A stretch of DNA of 64,000 bases, taken from Malacoraja senta. Lineage: Eukaryota. Shown one piece after another: positions 26,051 through 38,005 of this stretch (its first letter is position 1; each line of letters opens with the position of its first letter). The notes beneath the pieces were generated by a model. The model made no database searches, had not been told where the DNA came from, and worked only from the letters and a program-made list of their open reading frames with translations. The translations under genes were made by a program, and so were the position numbers. The DNA lies in the NCBI GenBank assembly GCA_038087875.1, contig CM076001.1, positions 1,860,001 to 1,924,000 on the forward strand. The letters run 5' to 3'.

Positions 26051-26462
26051 ATCGATGTATCTATATGCGCGGAATGGATGCATATCGATCCCGTGCATGC
26101 AGAGGAGAATAGGTTAACTAGGGATCACTTTTCGCGCGGACACCATGGGCCGCAATGTCTGTTCCTGTACTTACTGTTCTATGTACTGTCTTCTTTGTCC
26201 CTCGTTTTTTCGGGCTCATTGCCTCGCACTCAACGCGGAGGGGCTGTTCGCCCTTTCACAGCTGCTTATGAGGCGGCGGCTCGGTGACGGCATCCGGCAT
26301 CTGGTTCTGATTCTAACTTAATGGGTTTCCGCTTACTTCCTTCGCTCACTTTCCCGGCAACCTCCTCCCTGTACCACCTGTCCCCTCCCAACTGAGCCAG
26401 AATAAACTACGGATGCTGGAGGCATAAGCCAGAAGTGCACGATAAGTGCTGAAATAACAAAT

Positions 26463-27470
26463 CCGGTGACTAGTGGGGTGCCTCAGGGGTCTGTGTTTGG
26501 TCCACTGTTGTTTGTCATGTACATCAATGATCTGGATGATGGTGTGGAAAATTGGATTAGTAAGTATGCAGATGATACTAAGATATGTGCTGTTGTGGAT
26601 AATGAAGTAGATTTTCAAAGTCTACAGAGAGATTTAGGCCATTTGGAAGAGTGGGCTGAAAGATGGCAGATGGAAATTAATGCTGATAGATGTGAGGTGC
26701 TACATCGCGGCAGGACAAATCAAAATAGGACGTACATGGTAAATGGTAGCGAATTGAGGAATGCAGTTGAACAGAGGGATCTAGGAATAACTGTGCATAG
26801 TTCCCTGAAGGTGGAATCTCATGTAGATAGGGTGGTAAAGAAAGCTTTTGGTGTGCTGGCCTTTATAAATCAGAGCATTGAATATAGAAGTTCTGAATAT
26901 TAAAATTGTACAAGGCATTGGTGAGGCCATTTCTGGAGTGTGGAGTACAATTTTGGTCGCCTAATTATAAGAAGGATGTCAACAAAATAGAGTGAGTACA
27001 GCGGAGATTTACTAGAATGTTGCCTGGGTTTCAGCAACTAAGTTACATAGAAAGGTTGAACAAGTTAGGTCTTTATTCTTTGGAGCGCAGAAGGTTAAGA
27101 GGGGACTTGATAGAGGCCTTTAAAATTATGAGCGGGTTAGACAGAGTGGACGTGGATAAGCTTTTCCCATTGAGAGTAGGGAAGATTCAAACAAGGGGAC
27201 ATGACTTGAGAATTAAGGGACAGAAGTTTAGGTGTAACATCAGGGGGAACTTCTTTACTCAGAGAGTGGTAGCTGTGTGGAATGAGCTTCAAGTGGAAGT
27301 GGTGGAGGAAGGTTCGATTTTATCCTTTAAAACTAGAATGGATGGGTTATGGTCTGAGTGCAGGGGGACTAGGGGGAAGTTAAAAAAATGTGTTCGGCAC
27401 GGACTTGAAGGGCCGAGATGGCCTGTTTCCGTGCTGTAATGGTTATATGGTTATATGGTTATATGGTTAT
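26463..27470 (+). mobile_element. CR1 LINE of a second subfamily, with (GGTTATAT)n tail
   Basis: ORFs 26466-26903 (VPQGSVFGP, YADDTK) and 27017-27439. Confidence 0.88.
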
Positions 27471-28584
27471 AAGGTCAAGCAACATATGTGGGGGGAATTC
27501 TTAAGCGGGAAGAAGTGTCCCGAGCGCAAACGCGTCTCTCCATTCTTGCCACACACCAGACCAATGGGTTATTCCAGCACATTGTGTTTGCTCCCCATTA
27601 AGCAATGCATTGGGCCAAGCAGTGTCATCCAACCTTGTACTCTAATGTGAGCATGGTGACTCCAATCACACGAATACGTGAGAAATAGACTTCGTCGATT
27701 TGCAGGTGCATTTTCATCACAATAAATGATAATGTGCTGTACCCCCATTGTGGACATTTGTGAACCAAATTTAATCTGCATCCCAGACCTCTGCAGTCCG
27801 TCACCATTCTAAATCCAGATTGGCGATCCAACTGAATTGACTGAAAAGCGCCGTTAATTTGGCGGCTGATCATGACCGCCATGAACTTTTCCATGTACTG
27901 TACTGTTTGCCGAACTGCCGACTGCATCTGTGCCAAAGAATCCTCCTCCTCTCTGCCACTCTTGGTGTCGCAACCACTTTATCCACCAAGCCATTCAAAT
28001 GCATCATATTTGTGGCAGCAGACGTCTGTAGCTAGCAAGTCCGAAGTCATTTGTAAACAGTAAAACACGAAACGGACTCACAATTGGACAAACGTTTACT
28101 TGCCTAAGTACTGCTGTCGTTACACTGTTCAAAATAAACAAATCTCTTGTCATAATTATTATTACTGAACCTTGAGATTTAATTTTCAGAATAGGGTACA
28201 GATGATGGGTATTCGAATTGAAACACCATTTGTTAATATGAATTCCGCCGGGACTGGTGACTATTTCAATGAGGTTTAAGTGTGCTTTTAAGTTTATTAT
28301 TGCCATGTGATTCGAGTTTCAGCGGGAAGTCGTTTTGCTTCCTTTCCAAACAAATCAGATAATACAATACATGCATACAATCAAGCCAAACCCAGGTACA
28401 ATGGGTAGAAAATACAACGAAAAAGTAAAGGGATAGTAACGAGATTGTATCGGATGATAGTAGATCCTAATTTGATATCAGCAGGCAAACCGCCGCCACG
28501 CTCCGGCGCCATCTTTGTCCGAATTGTTCAGCATTTGTCGTTTCTGATTTGCATGTTCTTTTCAGTGTGGAATTGTTATGCGCA

Positions 28585-30451
28585 CTACTTGAACCAGCCA
28601 GTAATGATATTGAAGGGATATTTGAGAGCATCCTTCAACTGTTCCCTGAATTTAGACTGCGTCCCAACATAAATACACGTGTTGGTACAGGAACTAAGAA
28701 TCTCTAACATGTATCCGCTTTCTTGAAGAATAAATTTTGGGTCATTGGAATTAGAACCAGTTGGATAGATGTTGCTTGTAATCTGCACAAATAGGAAATT
28801 TACAACATAGGTCAACCTCAACAAAATAAAACACCAGGAGATGCCGAGAAGTAAAATAATGGACTTTTTCCTGCTCTCCATCTCGGGGTCACTCTGTTTA
28901 TCTCCGTTGCTCTGCGCCCGGAGTCTCCGGCGGGCCCGACTGGCCGCTAGAATGTGTCTGATCGTCAGAACATTAAGCATCAAAATGAGGAGGAATGGGA
29001 TACATGGATTTAACATACGGTGCAACCATTCATACACTCTCCATGCAAGTGATGTATAGAAAATTGGTCTAATGCTGCAGAACCAGGGTACGTTATCAAC
29101 GACATACATGGGCTCATATTCAAAATATAAAGGGATGTTTCGCAAGGACGCCAGCACGCAGATGGTTACTATAATCACTGCCGCAGTTTTCTCGGTGCAG
29201 TATCGAAGCTTCAGTTTCTGGCTGCCAATAGCTAAAAAGCGATCGAACGTGAACGCTACCGTTAACCACACGGAGGTATCTTTTGAAATCCAGCTGAAGA
29301 TAATAACGAGACTACAGGCAGGAGTGGTGGATAAGAAACTAAGTGGGAAATAAATAGCCCGAAGCCGACTTAATATCACAGCAGTGATAATGACCAGGAG
29401 ATCCGCCACCGCCATGAACAGCAGGTAACGACTTATGCATTTCGAGAGGCCGCATCTTCCTCGTGACAAAATAACAATCGTCACCAAGTTCGCTGCAAAC
29501 GAAAACAATAAAGCAGTTCATTGGTAATCAGTTCGCCACCGATAAAGCCAATGGATTGACAGGATAAATTCGTATAATATTTCGATGATTCAGCTAATCA
29601 CTAAATATATTGTGCTTTGTTAGGCTCATGCCACACCCGCGTAGGGTGATGAATGGAATAAAAAAGACCAGCTTCCCAAACATAATGACAATTAGTTGAA
29701 AAAATAAGAACATATAAATCCATTAGCACATCATACTGAAAGCAAATAACGATGTTAATTTGAGAAGAGATCATTTAGAATATTGTGTGTGAAATTTAAA
29801 TGAAATAATACATTTCCAGGCCAAACTAACAAGATCGCTCCCTAATAACGTTACTTGTAAACAGCTGCCAAACGCGGTCAGCAAACAAGAAAATAACCTT
29901 GGTAGATGAAATTGATTAAATGAGAACCGTATTGAGTTAAAAGGTATCCGAAGTGTAATTCCAATCAATGGTATGATCGAAGGTGTTACATCAGCCACAT
30001 AATTCTGTAAATGACACCGGCATTTTGTCGGGCGAATTTCGGAGAGGAGAGACAATTTAAAATAATTAAATTCTGCTTCCAATGATACCTTTGTGTCTGT
30101 GATCAGAAAATACGGATACTCCCATTTAACAGCTTGCTGACTTGTCAGAAAAAGACAGTGCCAAAAAAAAAAAAATTCTTGCAGGAATGGCAAGAGAATA
30201 TTTTTTGGAACAACCTCCTTTGCATCAGACAACTTGATTGAATTCGTCATTTCGTACGAGATCATCAGGAACAGATAGCGCCGGAGAACCCGGCGTGCAT
30301 ACGTTGCAGATGAAAGTGGCTGAATGGCAGATTGAAAATGCTTTTTAAATGAAAGGCGACGTCCATATGTTTTGTTCTTACCTGGAACACCGAAAGCGGC
30401 AAGAAAAGAATAATAAATGGCAAAGACCGGTCCATTCCCAGGTGCGTGCAT
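28585..30451 (-). CDS. GPR139/GPR142-like class A GPCR, intact two-exon gene (325 aa)
   Basis: Exon 1 30451-30382 (MHAPGNGPVFAIYYSFLAAFGVP-, GTAAGA). Exon 2 29492-28585 (ANLVTIVILSRGRCGLSKC..MAVADL..FTFDRFLAI..SSCTNTCIY..). 70+908 = 978 nt, in frame, with seven hydrophobic segments. Confidence 0.9.
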
Positions 30452-31159
30452 TATTTCCGTGAGCACGATTAGCTGGCAAGAAATGTCTGCATCAAACTTC
30501 TCAGAACTATTTATACCGCAGTGTAATCTCTGGAGCGACAATTAATTGCATCATCATAATTGCTAGGTATAATGTTCTGAATAAACAAAGGAAAGTATGT
30601 AGTTCTATCTTGTAATGATTTATGAAATGATATTGTTTGAGCAATGTGGCTTAAAAGCGAAACGAACTACTATTGCTGTATGAAATGAAACATATCATTT
30701 GAATTGGGTGAAAAAGGCTTCTGACACGTAAATAAAATGGTTTCTTCAAATAGCGTTTGGAATATTCTGTAACCGTTTGCGTGTCGACCCCAAAGATAGA
30801 AATAGTCATCCTGGAGTGTGTCGCATAGTAAATGGAATCTTCTATCTGCGTCCCGCCCCCCCCCCCACCCACCGCCCTCCAATGGGTCTCCTATGATTGT
30901 CGCACTGTCTGTTTTGATGCGGTGGACCTGCTGCCGATACTCCCCTCTACCCTCTGATCATTCCCCTTCACGTGACTACTTCTCCATAATCGTTTTACTG
31001 GTGGTCACCCATCTATTTTCAACCTTTGTGGTTTAATTTCATATTCATAATCATACTCATAATAGTACTTCATTAGCCAAGTATGTATTGCAACATACAA
31101 GGAATATGATTTGCTATGCCGTCATACCAATAAAGAGCAACAAGACACCAATATAAATT

Positions 31160-31790
31160 TTAAACATGGCCATCGCCCACAACGACTTCCTCACATTCAT
31201 CACTGTGATGGAAGGCAAAAATGTTCACTCATCTTCCTTTCATTGTTCTTCCGCGGGCGGGGCACTGGAACCTTCCGTTGTCGGGGAGATCTTGACTCCC
31301 ACAGCCGGCGGTCGTTCCCTCCGCGTCGGGGCGATCATGCTCCCGCATCTGGAGGCTCCCAGCTCCCTCGCGCCTGGTGATCAGCCCCCAGGTCGGGGCT
31401 GGTCGAACCTTCTGCGACGTGGAGCTTCCCGACATCAGTCTCTGCCGGAGACTGCGAGCTCCTCGATGTTGACATCCACAGGCCGCGGTTGGTGCGTCGA
31501 ACCCAGGCAAGATAAATCCACGGCCCGGCGGTGGGGCTCAAAGTCAGTCTCTAGCAAGGCCGCCAACTCCATGATCTTAGGCCGCAGAGCGATCGGAGAT
31601 ACGATCCGGAAAACAATCACATCTCCGGCAAGGTAAGAGATTGAATAAAGTTCCCCCCGACCCCGTCCCCCACCTCCCACATAAAACAAACCAGAAAACA
31701 TTAACACGTTCTTTTAAAGCGCACTAAAAATGAAAAAATGACGAAAAGACAGCCATACTGTTGGCGAAGCTGACACCGCTGACGGCGCCG
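31160..31790 (+). mobile_element. Interspersed repeat family, unclassified (also 52345-53040 minus and 60240-60850 plus)
   Basis: Shared blocks such as ccaactccatgat(g/c)ttaggccgcagagcga..ggagatacga..ccggaaaacaatc.catctccggcaaggtaagagat in all three copies. Confidence 0.7.
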
Positions 31791-31879
31791 CCCGTCATTG
31801 ATGGAATATGTAATTCACGGAGATAGAAAGACTAAGCTGATAGAAACAGAATTTCTTCATTTTGAATTAGAAACATGTT

Positions 31880-33138
31880 GGAGTATCATCAACCCTTTTT
31901 ATTCACTTTCTGTTGTTCTTTAAAAGCTTCCCAATACTCTGCCTTCCCACTAATCTTTGCAATGTTATACGCCTTCTCTTTTAGTTTTATACTGTCCTGA
32001 CTGCCCTTGTCAGCCACGGCCACGCTTTCTCCACCTAGAATATTTCTTCCTTTTCGGAACGACTAAGTCCTGCATCTTCCGAATTATTCCCATGAAATTC
32101 CTGCCATTAATGTTCCACTGTCTTCGCTGCTATGTTCCCTTGCCATTCTTCTTTAACCAGACCATCCTTCATGCCTCGGTAATCCCCTTTGCTCATCTGC
32201 AATACAGACACATCCGATCTCATCTTCTCCCTCTTCAATTGCAGATTAATACTTATCATGGTCTGGTTGCTACCTCCCAGTGGTTCATTTACCTAGGGTT
32301 CCCTTGATCAAATCCGGATCGCTACTCAACACTAAATGCAGAATCATCTATATCTTGGTATGCTCTGCTAAGAGCTGTTCTACGAATCCATCTCGGAGGC
32401 ACTCAACAAATTCCCTTTCTTGAGGACCAGTACCATCCTGATTTACCCAGTTTACCTGTATAATGAAATCTCACATGACTTCCGTAGCATCATCGCGTTT
32501 CTTACATGCCAATTGTATCTACTGGTGTAACCTGTATCCTATATTCTGCCTACTGTTTGGTGGCCTGTAAATAACTTCCATTATCGCATTTTTACCCGTA
32601 AAATCTCTCAGCTCTATCCACAATTACTTTACATCCTATGATCTTATCAGCCCTCGCAACGGACCGAATTTTATTCCGTGCCAACCGTGCTACCCCACCT
32701 CTTCCGCCCACCTGTCTTTCTTTCCGATAGAATGTTTAACTTTGAACATTCAATTCCCAGCTCCGATCGTCACACATGGCTCAGGCAGCAATCCAGAGAT
32801 TATTACCTTCTAGGTTCTGCTTTTGATCTTCATATTCCTTCAGCAGAACCTCTTTTCTTGTTCTACCTACGTCATTGGACCACGACAACGGGATCTTTCC
32901 CCTCGCCTGCAAGTTGCTCTGCAGGACGGACGATATGTCCTGAATCCGGCCCCCAGGCAGGCAAAACTGCCTTCGGGACTCTCAAACCTCTCGACAGAGA
33001 ACAGTGTCAACGCCCCTAGCAATACTATCCCCAATTACAACAACGTTTTCCTTCCCTGTTCTATCTCGAATGCCCCTCTGATCCACGAGGCCTGGATCAG
33101 GTTGCTCATTCCTCCCCTGCCCGCCTCATTACCGGTCA
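31880..33138 (-). mobile_element. Degenerate CR1 LINE 5' ORF2 region
   Basis: Shares ttcccactaatctttgcaatgttat...cttgtcagccacgg with 38820-38910 and resembles the 5' part of the CR1 at 24700-25140. Confidence 0.55.
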
Positions 33139-33448
33139 NNNNNNNNNNNNNNNNNNNNNNNNNNNNNNNNNNNNNNNNNNNNNNNNNNNNNNNNNNNNNN
33201 NNNNNNNNNNNNNNNNNNNNNNNNNNNNNNNNNNNNNNNNNNNNNNNNNNNNNNNNNNNNNNNNNNNNNNNNNNNNNNNNNNNNNNNNNNNNNNNNNNNN
33301 NNNNNNNNNNNNNNTTAAACATATACTTGACAATCATCTCGCGATCTTGATTACACTTTTTCTGCAATAATTCCTACCGCAGCGACTTTTTTTTGCAGAT
33401 GTCTCTGAGCTCTGCAGCGCCGTGCTTGTCTGTGCTCGACCACATCGA

Positions 33449-33487
33449 GGTTTTTGTATGGCTTTCTCCCTATTTTGTATGACTGTG
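33449..33487 (-). other. 23-RSS of supporting V-delta A (CACAGTC-23-ACAAAAACC)
   Basis: Heptamer 33487-33481, 23-nt spacer, consensus nonamer 33457-33449. Confidence 0.9.
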
Positions 33488-33799
33488 CTGTGCGTGACCT
33501 AATTGCACAGAAGAACACAGCCGCGTCGCCAAGCTGTAAATTGTAGATTGTTAACCGGCCGATTTTTTGGCCACGATCAAGAGTAGCGAATATTCTTTCT
33601 CCAGCAGAGTGTTTCTGATCCTGCTCTCCTGAACTGTGTCCGCGGAGTTGGAATTTTGGAGCCCATCCTGGGAACAGCCGGTACCAATATATTGTGAACG
33701 GACAGAACCCAGAACATGTGCATGATAGAGTAACGTTGCTGCCAGCAGGAAAAGACTGTAGAGGCGGACTCGTGGTCAACTGGGAAATAGAAGCTGCAG
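33488..33799 (-). CDS. Leaderless 'supporting' TCR V-delta of NAR-TCR cassette A
   Basis: Acceptors at 33799 or 33793 (both in frame). ASISQ..TLSCTCSGFCPFTIYWYRL..DAAVFFCAIRSRT has a CDR1 Cys. No leader exon was seen between it and the NAR J; the J donor is phase 1 and matches. Confidence 0.85.
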
Positions 33800-34574
33800 C
33801 TGTCAGAGAGAAATTCATTATTCCGTTACTATACATTGCCGGAGAGATTTGCGCACTCGATTTCAGCTCTGCGCCGGTTTGATAATCTTTCAACGTGCGC
33901 AAACTTTATTAATTATCCTTGGTAATTATTCAAACTATGAGCAGCGATGGGACATCACTGACCATTAAATTATATTCACGGATTATCATGGCTAAGTATA
34001 CGAAAATAAACTGGGAGCACGCAGAATAACTGTGGAGTACATTCAGAGAGCCTGCATCCAGATCATGGGCCAGATTAGCAATAAATGAAAATTCGATCAT
34101 TTATTGTCATGTTTCCCGAAGAACATATCGTGTAAATATTGGATATGTTTTGCTCGCGTCTCAGTTTTAAGCCAGTGCATTGGAATATACACGAAATTGA
34201 AATGAGACTATACAACACAGAATGAGCCAAGCCGACACTGAATATTTCTGGGAAAAGTGTTATTCTTTAACAGCATTTAACACACCCGGATAAAATCTCT
34301 CTCACCTTATTACAAACGTTTCTATCTTCGGTGGGGTGCATCTTTCTTTGTTTCACTTTCATTTCAACGTTACACCACATTCTGTCAGATCTGGGTATCT
34401 CGCTTTAATCACTTGCGGTTTATGATTAACATCGTGTGATATTTTCCCACAATCTGCATGTTGTCGGTTTGATTCAGTCGGTGCAGTTTTTGCACGGGGT
34501 TTTAGACGTGCTGATCAACATTCTTCCCGTCATGCGACTTCTAGCAGTTCGGAATTATAATGAGATTACTTCAC

Positions 34575-35290
34575 CGTCCCCTAACCCAGAACTTCCTCCA
34601 AATAAACGAGAATAAATCTGAGGTCATCCTTCTCGGCCCCTCGGACTCAATCAAAACCTTATCCCATTACTCAAACCTCACGTCAAAAACCTTGGCGTGA
34701 TATTTGACTCAGCGTTGAAATTTGACAAACAAGTCAATGCCGTGGTAAAAGCTAGCTTCTTCCAGCTTCGGACGATAGCTAAAGTAAAACAATTCCTCCA
34801 GTTTGACGATCTCGAAAAGATCATCCACACATTTATCTCCTACCGCCTCGATTACTGCAACCCCCTTTACACTGGCATCAGCCAATCTTCCCTGTCCCGC
34901 CTGCAACTGGTCCAAAACGCCGCAGTGAGACTCCTGACAGGCTCCCGAAAAAGGGACCACATCACCCCCATTCTGGCCTCTCTCCACTGGCTCCCTGTGC
35001 GGTTCCGAATAAATTTCAAGATCCTTTTTATGTTTACAAAGCCCTGAACGGGCTTGCCCCCACCTACATCAAAAGTCTGCTTACCCACCTCCATGTCCCT
35101 TAGATCGGCCGACTTGGGGTTACTGACCATCCCGCAGCCTTGGCTTAAGCTCAGGGGCGACCGCGCCTTTGCGGTTGCAGCTCCTAGACTGTGGAACAGC
35201 ATCCCTCTTCCCATCGGAACTGCCCCCTCCATCGACTCTTTTAGGTCGAGACTTAAAATTCAACTTTACTCTCAAGCCTTTCCCAGGTAC
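34575..35290 (+). mobile_element. L2-clade LINE 3' fragment in the NAR J - supporting V intron
   Basis: ORF 34697-35047 (IFDSALKF..RLDYCN..LQLVQNAAVRLL..HITPILASLHWLPV..FKIL) is typical of the L2 RT C-terminus. Confidence 0.85.
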
Positions 35291-35326
35291 AGCTAGGTGT
35301 AGGTCCCGATGTTTTCGAATGCTTAC

Positions 35327-35392
35327 CGACTGTGACAGTCACTGCAGACCCAGTCCCATCCTTATAGTAAGTCCTCCACGGAATTATAGACC
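35327..35392 (-). CDS. NAR-TCR J segment, cassette A (SIIPWRTYYKDGTGSAVTVTV)
   Basis: DGxG-x-x-VTV J motif, donor G|GTAAGC at 35326, preceded by a 23-RSS. Confidence 0.88.
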
Positions 35393-35431
35393 CACAGTGA
35401 CCTGACGCTAGGGCTCCTCAGTACAAGAAAC
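35393..35431 (-). other. 23-RSS of NAR J A (GTTTCTTGT-23-CACTGTG)
   Basis: Nonamer 35431-35423, 23-nt spacer, perfect heptamer 35399-35393. Confidence 0.88.
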
Positions 35432-35743
35432 TCCCTCGCCTAAATCTGCCCGGTAGTCATGGCCAGAGGCTGTGAAATCCCTCCAGTGGTTTCAGAACGA
35501 CAACCAAATATTCCTAGTTCCACCATCGCAGGATGATCAATCTGTTCCATTTAAGAGACGAACCCCTCAGTAATGCAATCTCTGTACCTGGAGCGGTGGT
35601 CGTTTCGGAAATCGATGGAGTAAATGACAAGTAAAAACAACATTAACTTCCCGATTGCAATGGAATTCAGCTGGACTCCAGCGTCACGAAGAATTGGTAC
35701 ATTGTGTTGCCGCATCCCGTGAATAGATGTTTTAATTGCCCGA

Positions 35744-35771
35744 AGATTATGTGCTGCTCTGTAATATTGTG
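35744..35771 (-). other. 12-RSS following the fused V-D of cassette A (CACAATA-12-ACATAATCT)
   Basis: Heptamer 35771-35765, 12-nt spacer, nonamer 35752-35744. The spacer and downstream flank resemble the D 3' RSS region of cassette B. Confidence 0.65.
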
Positions 35772-36256
35772 ATCCCCATAACCCTTTGTCGACGCCATCT
35801 GTACTCAGCTTGACAGTAATAAGTGGCGTTGTCCCCAGCTGCCAGTTCTCGAATTTCCAGCGTGAAAGTCATTTCTGCTTCATTAATCGACGTACGGAAT
35901 CGGAGCCCGTTGGTGATCCGTTCCCGCCCTGGTTCGGATTCGGCTTGTTTGAAGAAACGTCCAGTTTTAAATGTATATTCACCCCTTGAACCAGGTTGGA
36001 AACGGCATTTGATGGCGAGAGACTGGCACTCCTCCCTCGTCGCCGCTGAGGGGCTCTGCGTCAGTGGCTGACTAAAGGAGCCTGCAGATGAAGCACAGGG
36101 AGAGGTATATGTGCAGCAAAAACGAACCACGTCTCGAGGATGAAACAAGTAAAACTGTTTGAAAATCGGGAAGAATGCGATTATTTTTATATTTAACTGC
36201 GAACTGTACTCACGATGTAAGCAGAGCCACAGGATTAATACCGGTGGGATTCGCAT
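35772..36256 (-). CDS. NAR-TCR V segment, cassette A, apparently germline-joined to D
   Basis: Leader 36256-36214 (MRIPPVLILWLCLH-R, GTGAGT). Exon from 36081: SFSQPLTQSPSAATREECQSLAIKC..GRFFKQ..DNATYYCQAEYRW-RRQRVMG. NAR-like short domain (CDR2 region deleted) with an FR1 Cys. No 23-RSS follows the V. Confidence 0.85.
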
Positions 36257-37559
36257 TGCTCTGTCTCCGGGGGAGCTCACTTGGGTGACAGGAATTGGCG
36301 GCTGGCAGCCGGGAAAAGTTCCGCTGACCTGCCACAACGTTGCCTTGCAAAACTTCAGTGGGTCGGGTTGGTTTCCATTGGTCTATGCTCCGTAAATTAC
36401 TGAAGAGACGCAGTTTCCGGTCCTCTGCTTTGTATGGTGTAAGCAAACATTAGGTAAAAACTGGGGTGGCTGATTATTCTGATTTTACTCCAGGTCTATA
36501 AGCCCCACATAAATGCTTAACACACATTCCTCTGATGTCCGGTGGGTATGGACGATGTTCTGGTAGGAGCCGCTTCTGATATCATTGGCTTCTCATTAAC
36601 CACTCACTCAAAGGAACTGGAGCATACTTCGTTTCCACAGGTTTGCTTTCTCTCTTAAAGTTTGATTCCTTACCCACTAATCAGACAGCTTCATAAACAG
36701 GGCGTCATCAAAGGTCAGCGTTGGACACTTCAATTGGTGATATTCCCTCTGTCATCCCACCTCTTAAGCTCTGCTTCTCTGTGAAAATTAAATCGCAGTC
36801 TTTTTTTTTACTTTTTATTTTCTGATCAAGAATCATGGTAATTAAATATTAACTATTTCTGTTTCCACCGATGATTCCCGACCTGCGAAGGAAATCTATG
36901 TGTTTTATGGAGAATTTACAACATCTGCTTTTACTTCCAGTGTACCATTGAGGCCATATTTCTATATGTCTATTATTCTATATTTCAGGAAAAATGTAGG
37001 CGGCGTCTACATATATCCGAGCGCTTCTCCCTTAAAAATAGAGAAAATATACGAGCCACTTAATCATTCAGACACTGATGGATATATAAAATATTTAATA
37101 TCTTTCTTTCCATCCCTTTCCGTTTCGAGAGGGCGTTTTTTAAAATTCGTTTTGGCACGCATAACTTTACAAAAAGGCAAACGTAGTTGGGTGCAAATGA
37201 GATTCGGATGTTTAGATACTACGGAAATGTGGAGAGTCATAGATAGCGAATCGCTTCTTTAGCCTTTAGTAAATCAGCTTGAATTTGGAGACGAGCGGTG
37301 ACAGCTGAAAGCAAATGGAGGGAAATGTAATGTAATGTACTTTCGAAGGTCGGAGTCCCGGGTGTGGAAGGAAATACATTCAGACACGAAACGTCCAATG
37401 TGAAAACTTGAGCAATATAAACAGAATGAAACGTCCCCATTCACAAAAACACGGAAATAGCGAAAGAGTAATGCAAATATGCCAACTGTTACGACGATAA
37501 CGTATCATTTCGAAACCTGTGTCAGTCCAGGAGAATATATTACGGAATATATCCAGGTG

Positions 37560-38005
37560 CGAAGTGAAGCAAGGAGACACATAAGATTGGTAAGGGCTTG
37601 GATTGAAACATATAAGATTGTTAAGGGCTTGGATTGAAACATATAAGATTTTTAAGGGCTTGGACACGCTAGAGGCAGGAAACATGTTCCCGATGTTGGG
37701 GGAGTCCAGAACCAGGGACCACAGTTTAAGAATAAGGAGTAAGCCATTTAGAACGGAGACGAGGAAACACTTTTTCTCACAGAGAGTGGTGAGTCTGTGG
37801 AATTCTCTGCCTCAGAGGGCGGTGGAGGCAGGTTCTATGAATGCTTTCACGAGAGAGATAGATAGGGCTCTTAAATATAGCGGAGTCAGGGGATATGGGG
37901 AGAAGGCAGGAACGGGGTACTGATTGGGGATGATCAGCCATGATCACATTGAATGGCGGTGCTGGCTCGAAGGGCCAAATGACCTGCTCCTGCACCTATT
38001 ATCTA
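37560..38005 (+). mobile_element. CR1 3' fragment with a short internal tandem duplication
   Basis: ORF 37603-37923. aagggcttggattgaaacatataagatt is repeated at the 5' end. Confidence 0.85.

Noticed and set aside
27625-27936. 103-aa minus ORF with LQIDEVYF, reminiscent of an Ig F strand
   Set aside because: No cysteines or Trp at Ig positions and no RSS. Treated as a chance ORF.
29771-30541. 256-aa minus ORF
   Set aside because: Only the MHAPG..FGVP part is GPCR exon 1; the remainder is intron read-through.
35782-35788. CAAAGGG as a mutated V heptamer for NAR V A
   Set aside because: It lacks the essential CAC and has no nonamer at 22/23 nt. The fused V-D plus 12-RSS reading explains the sequence better.
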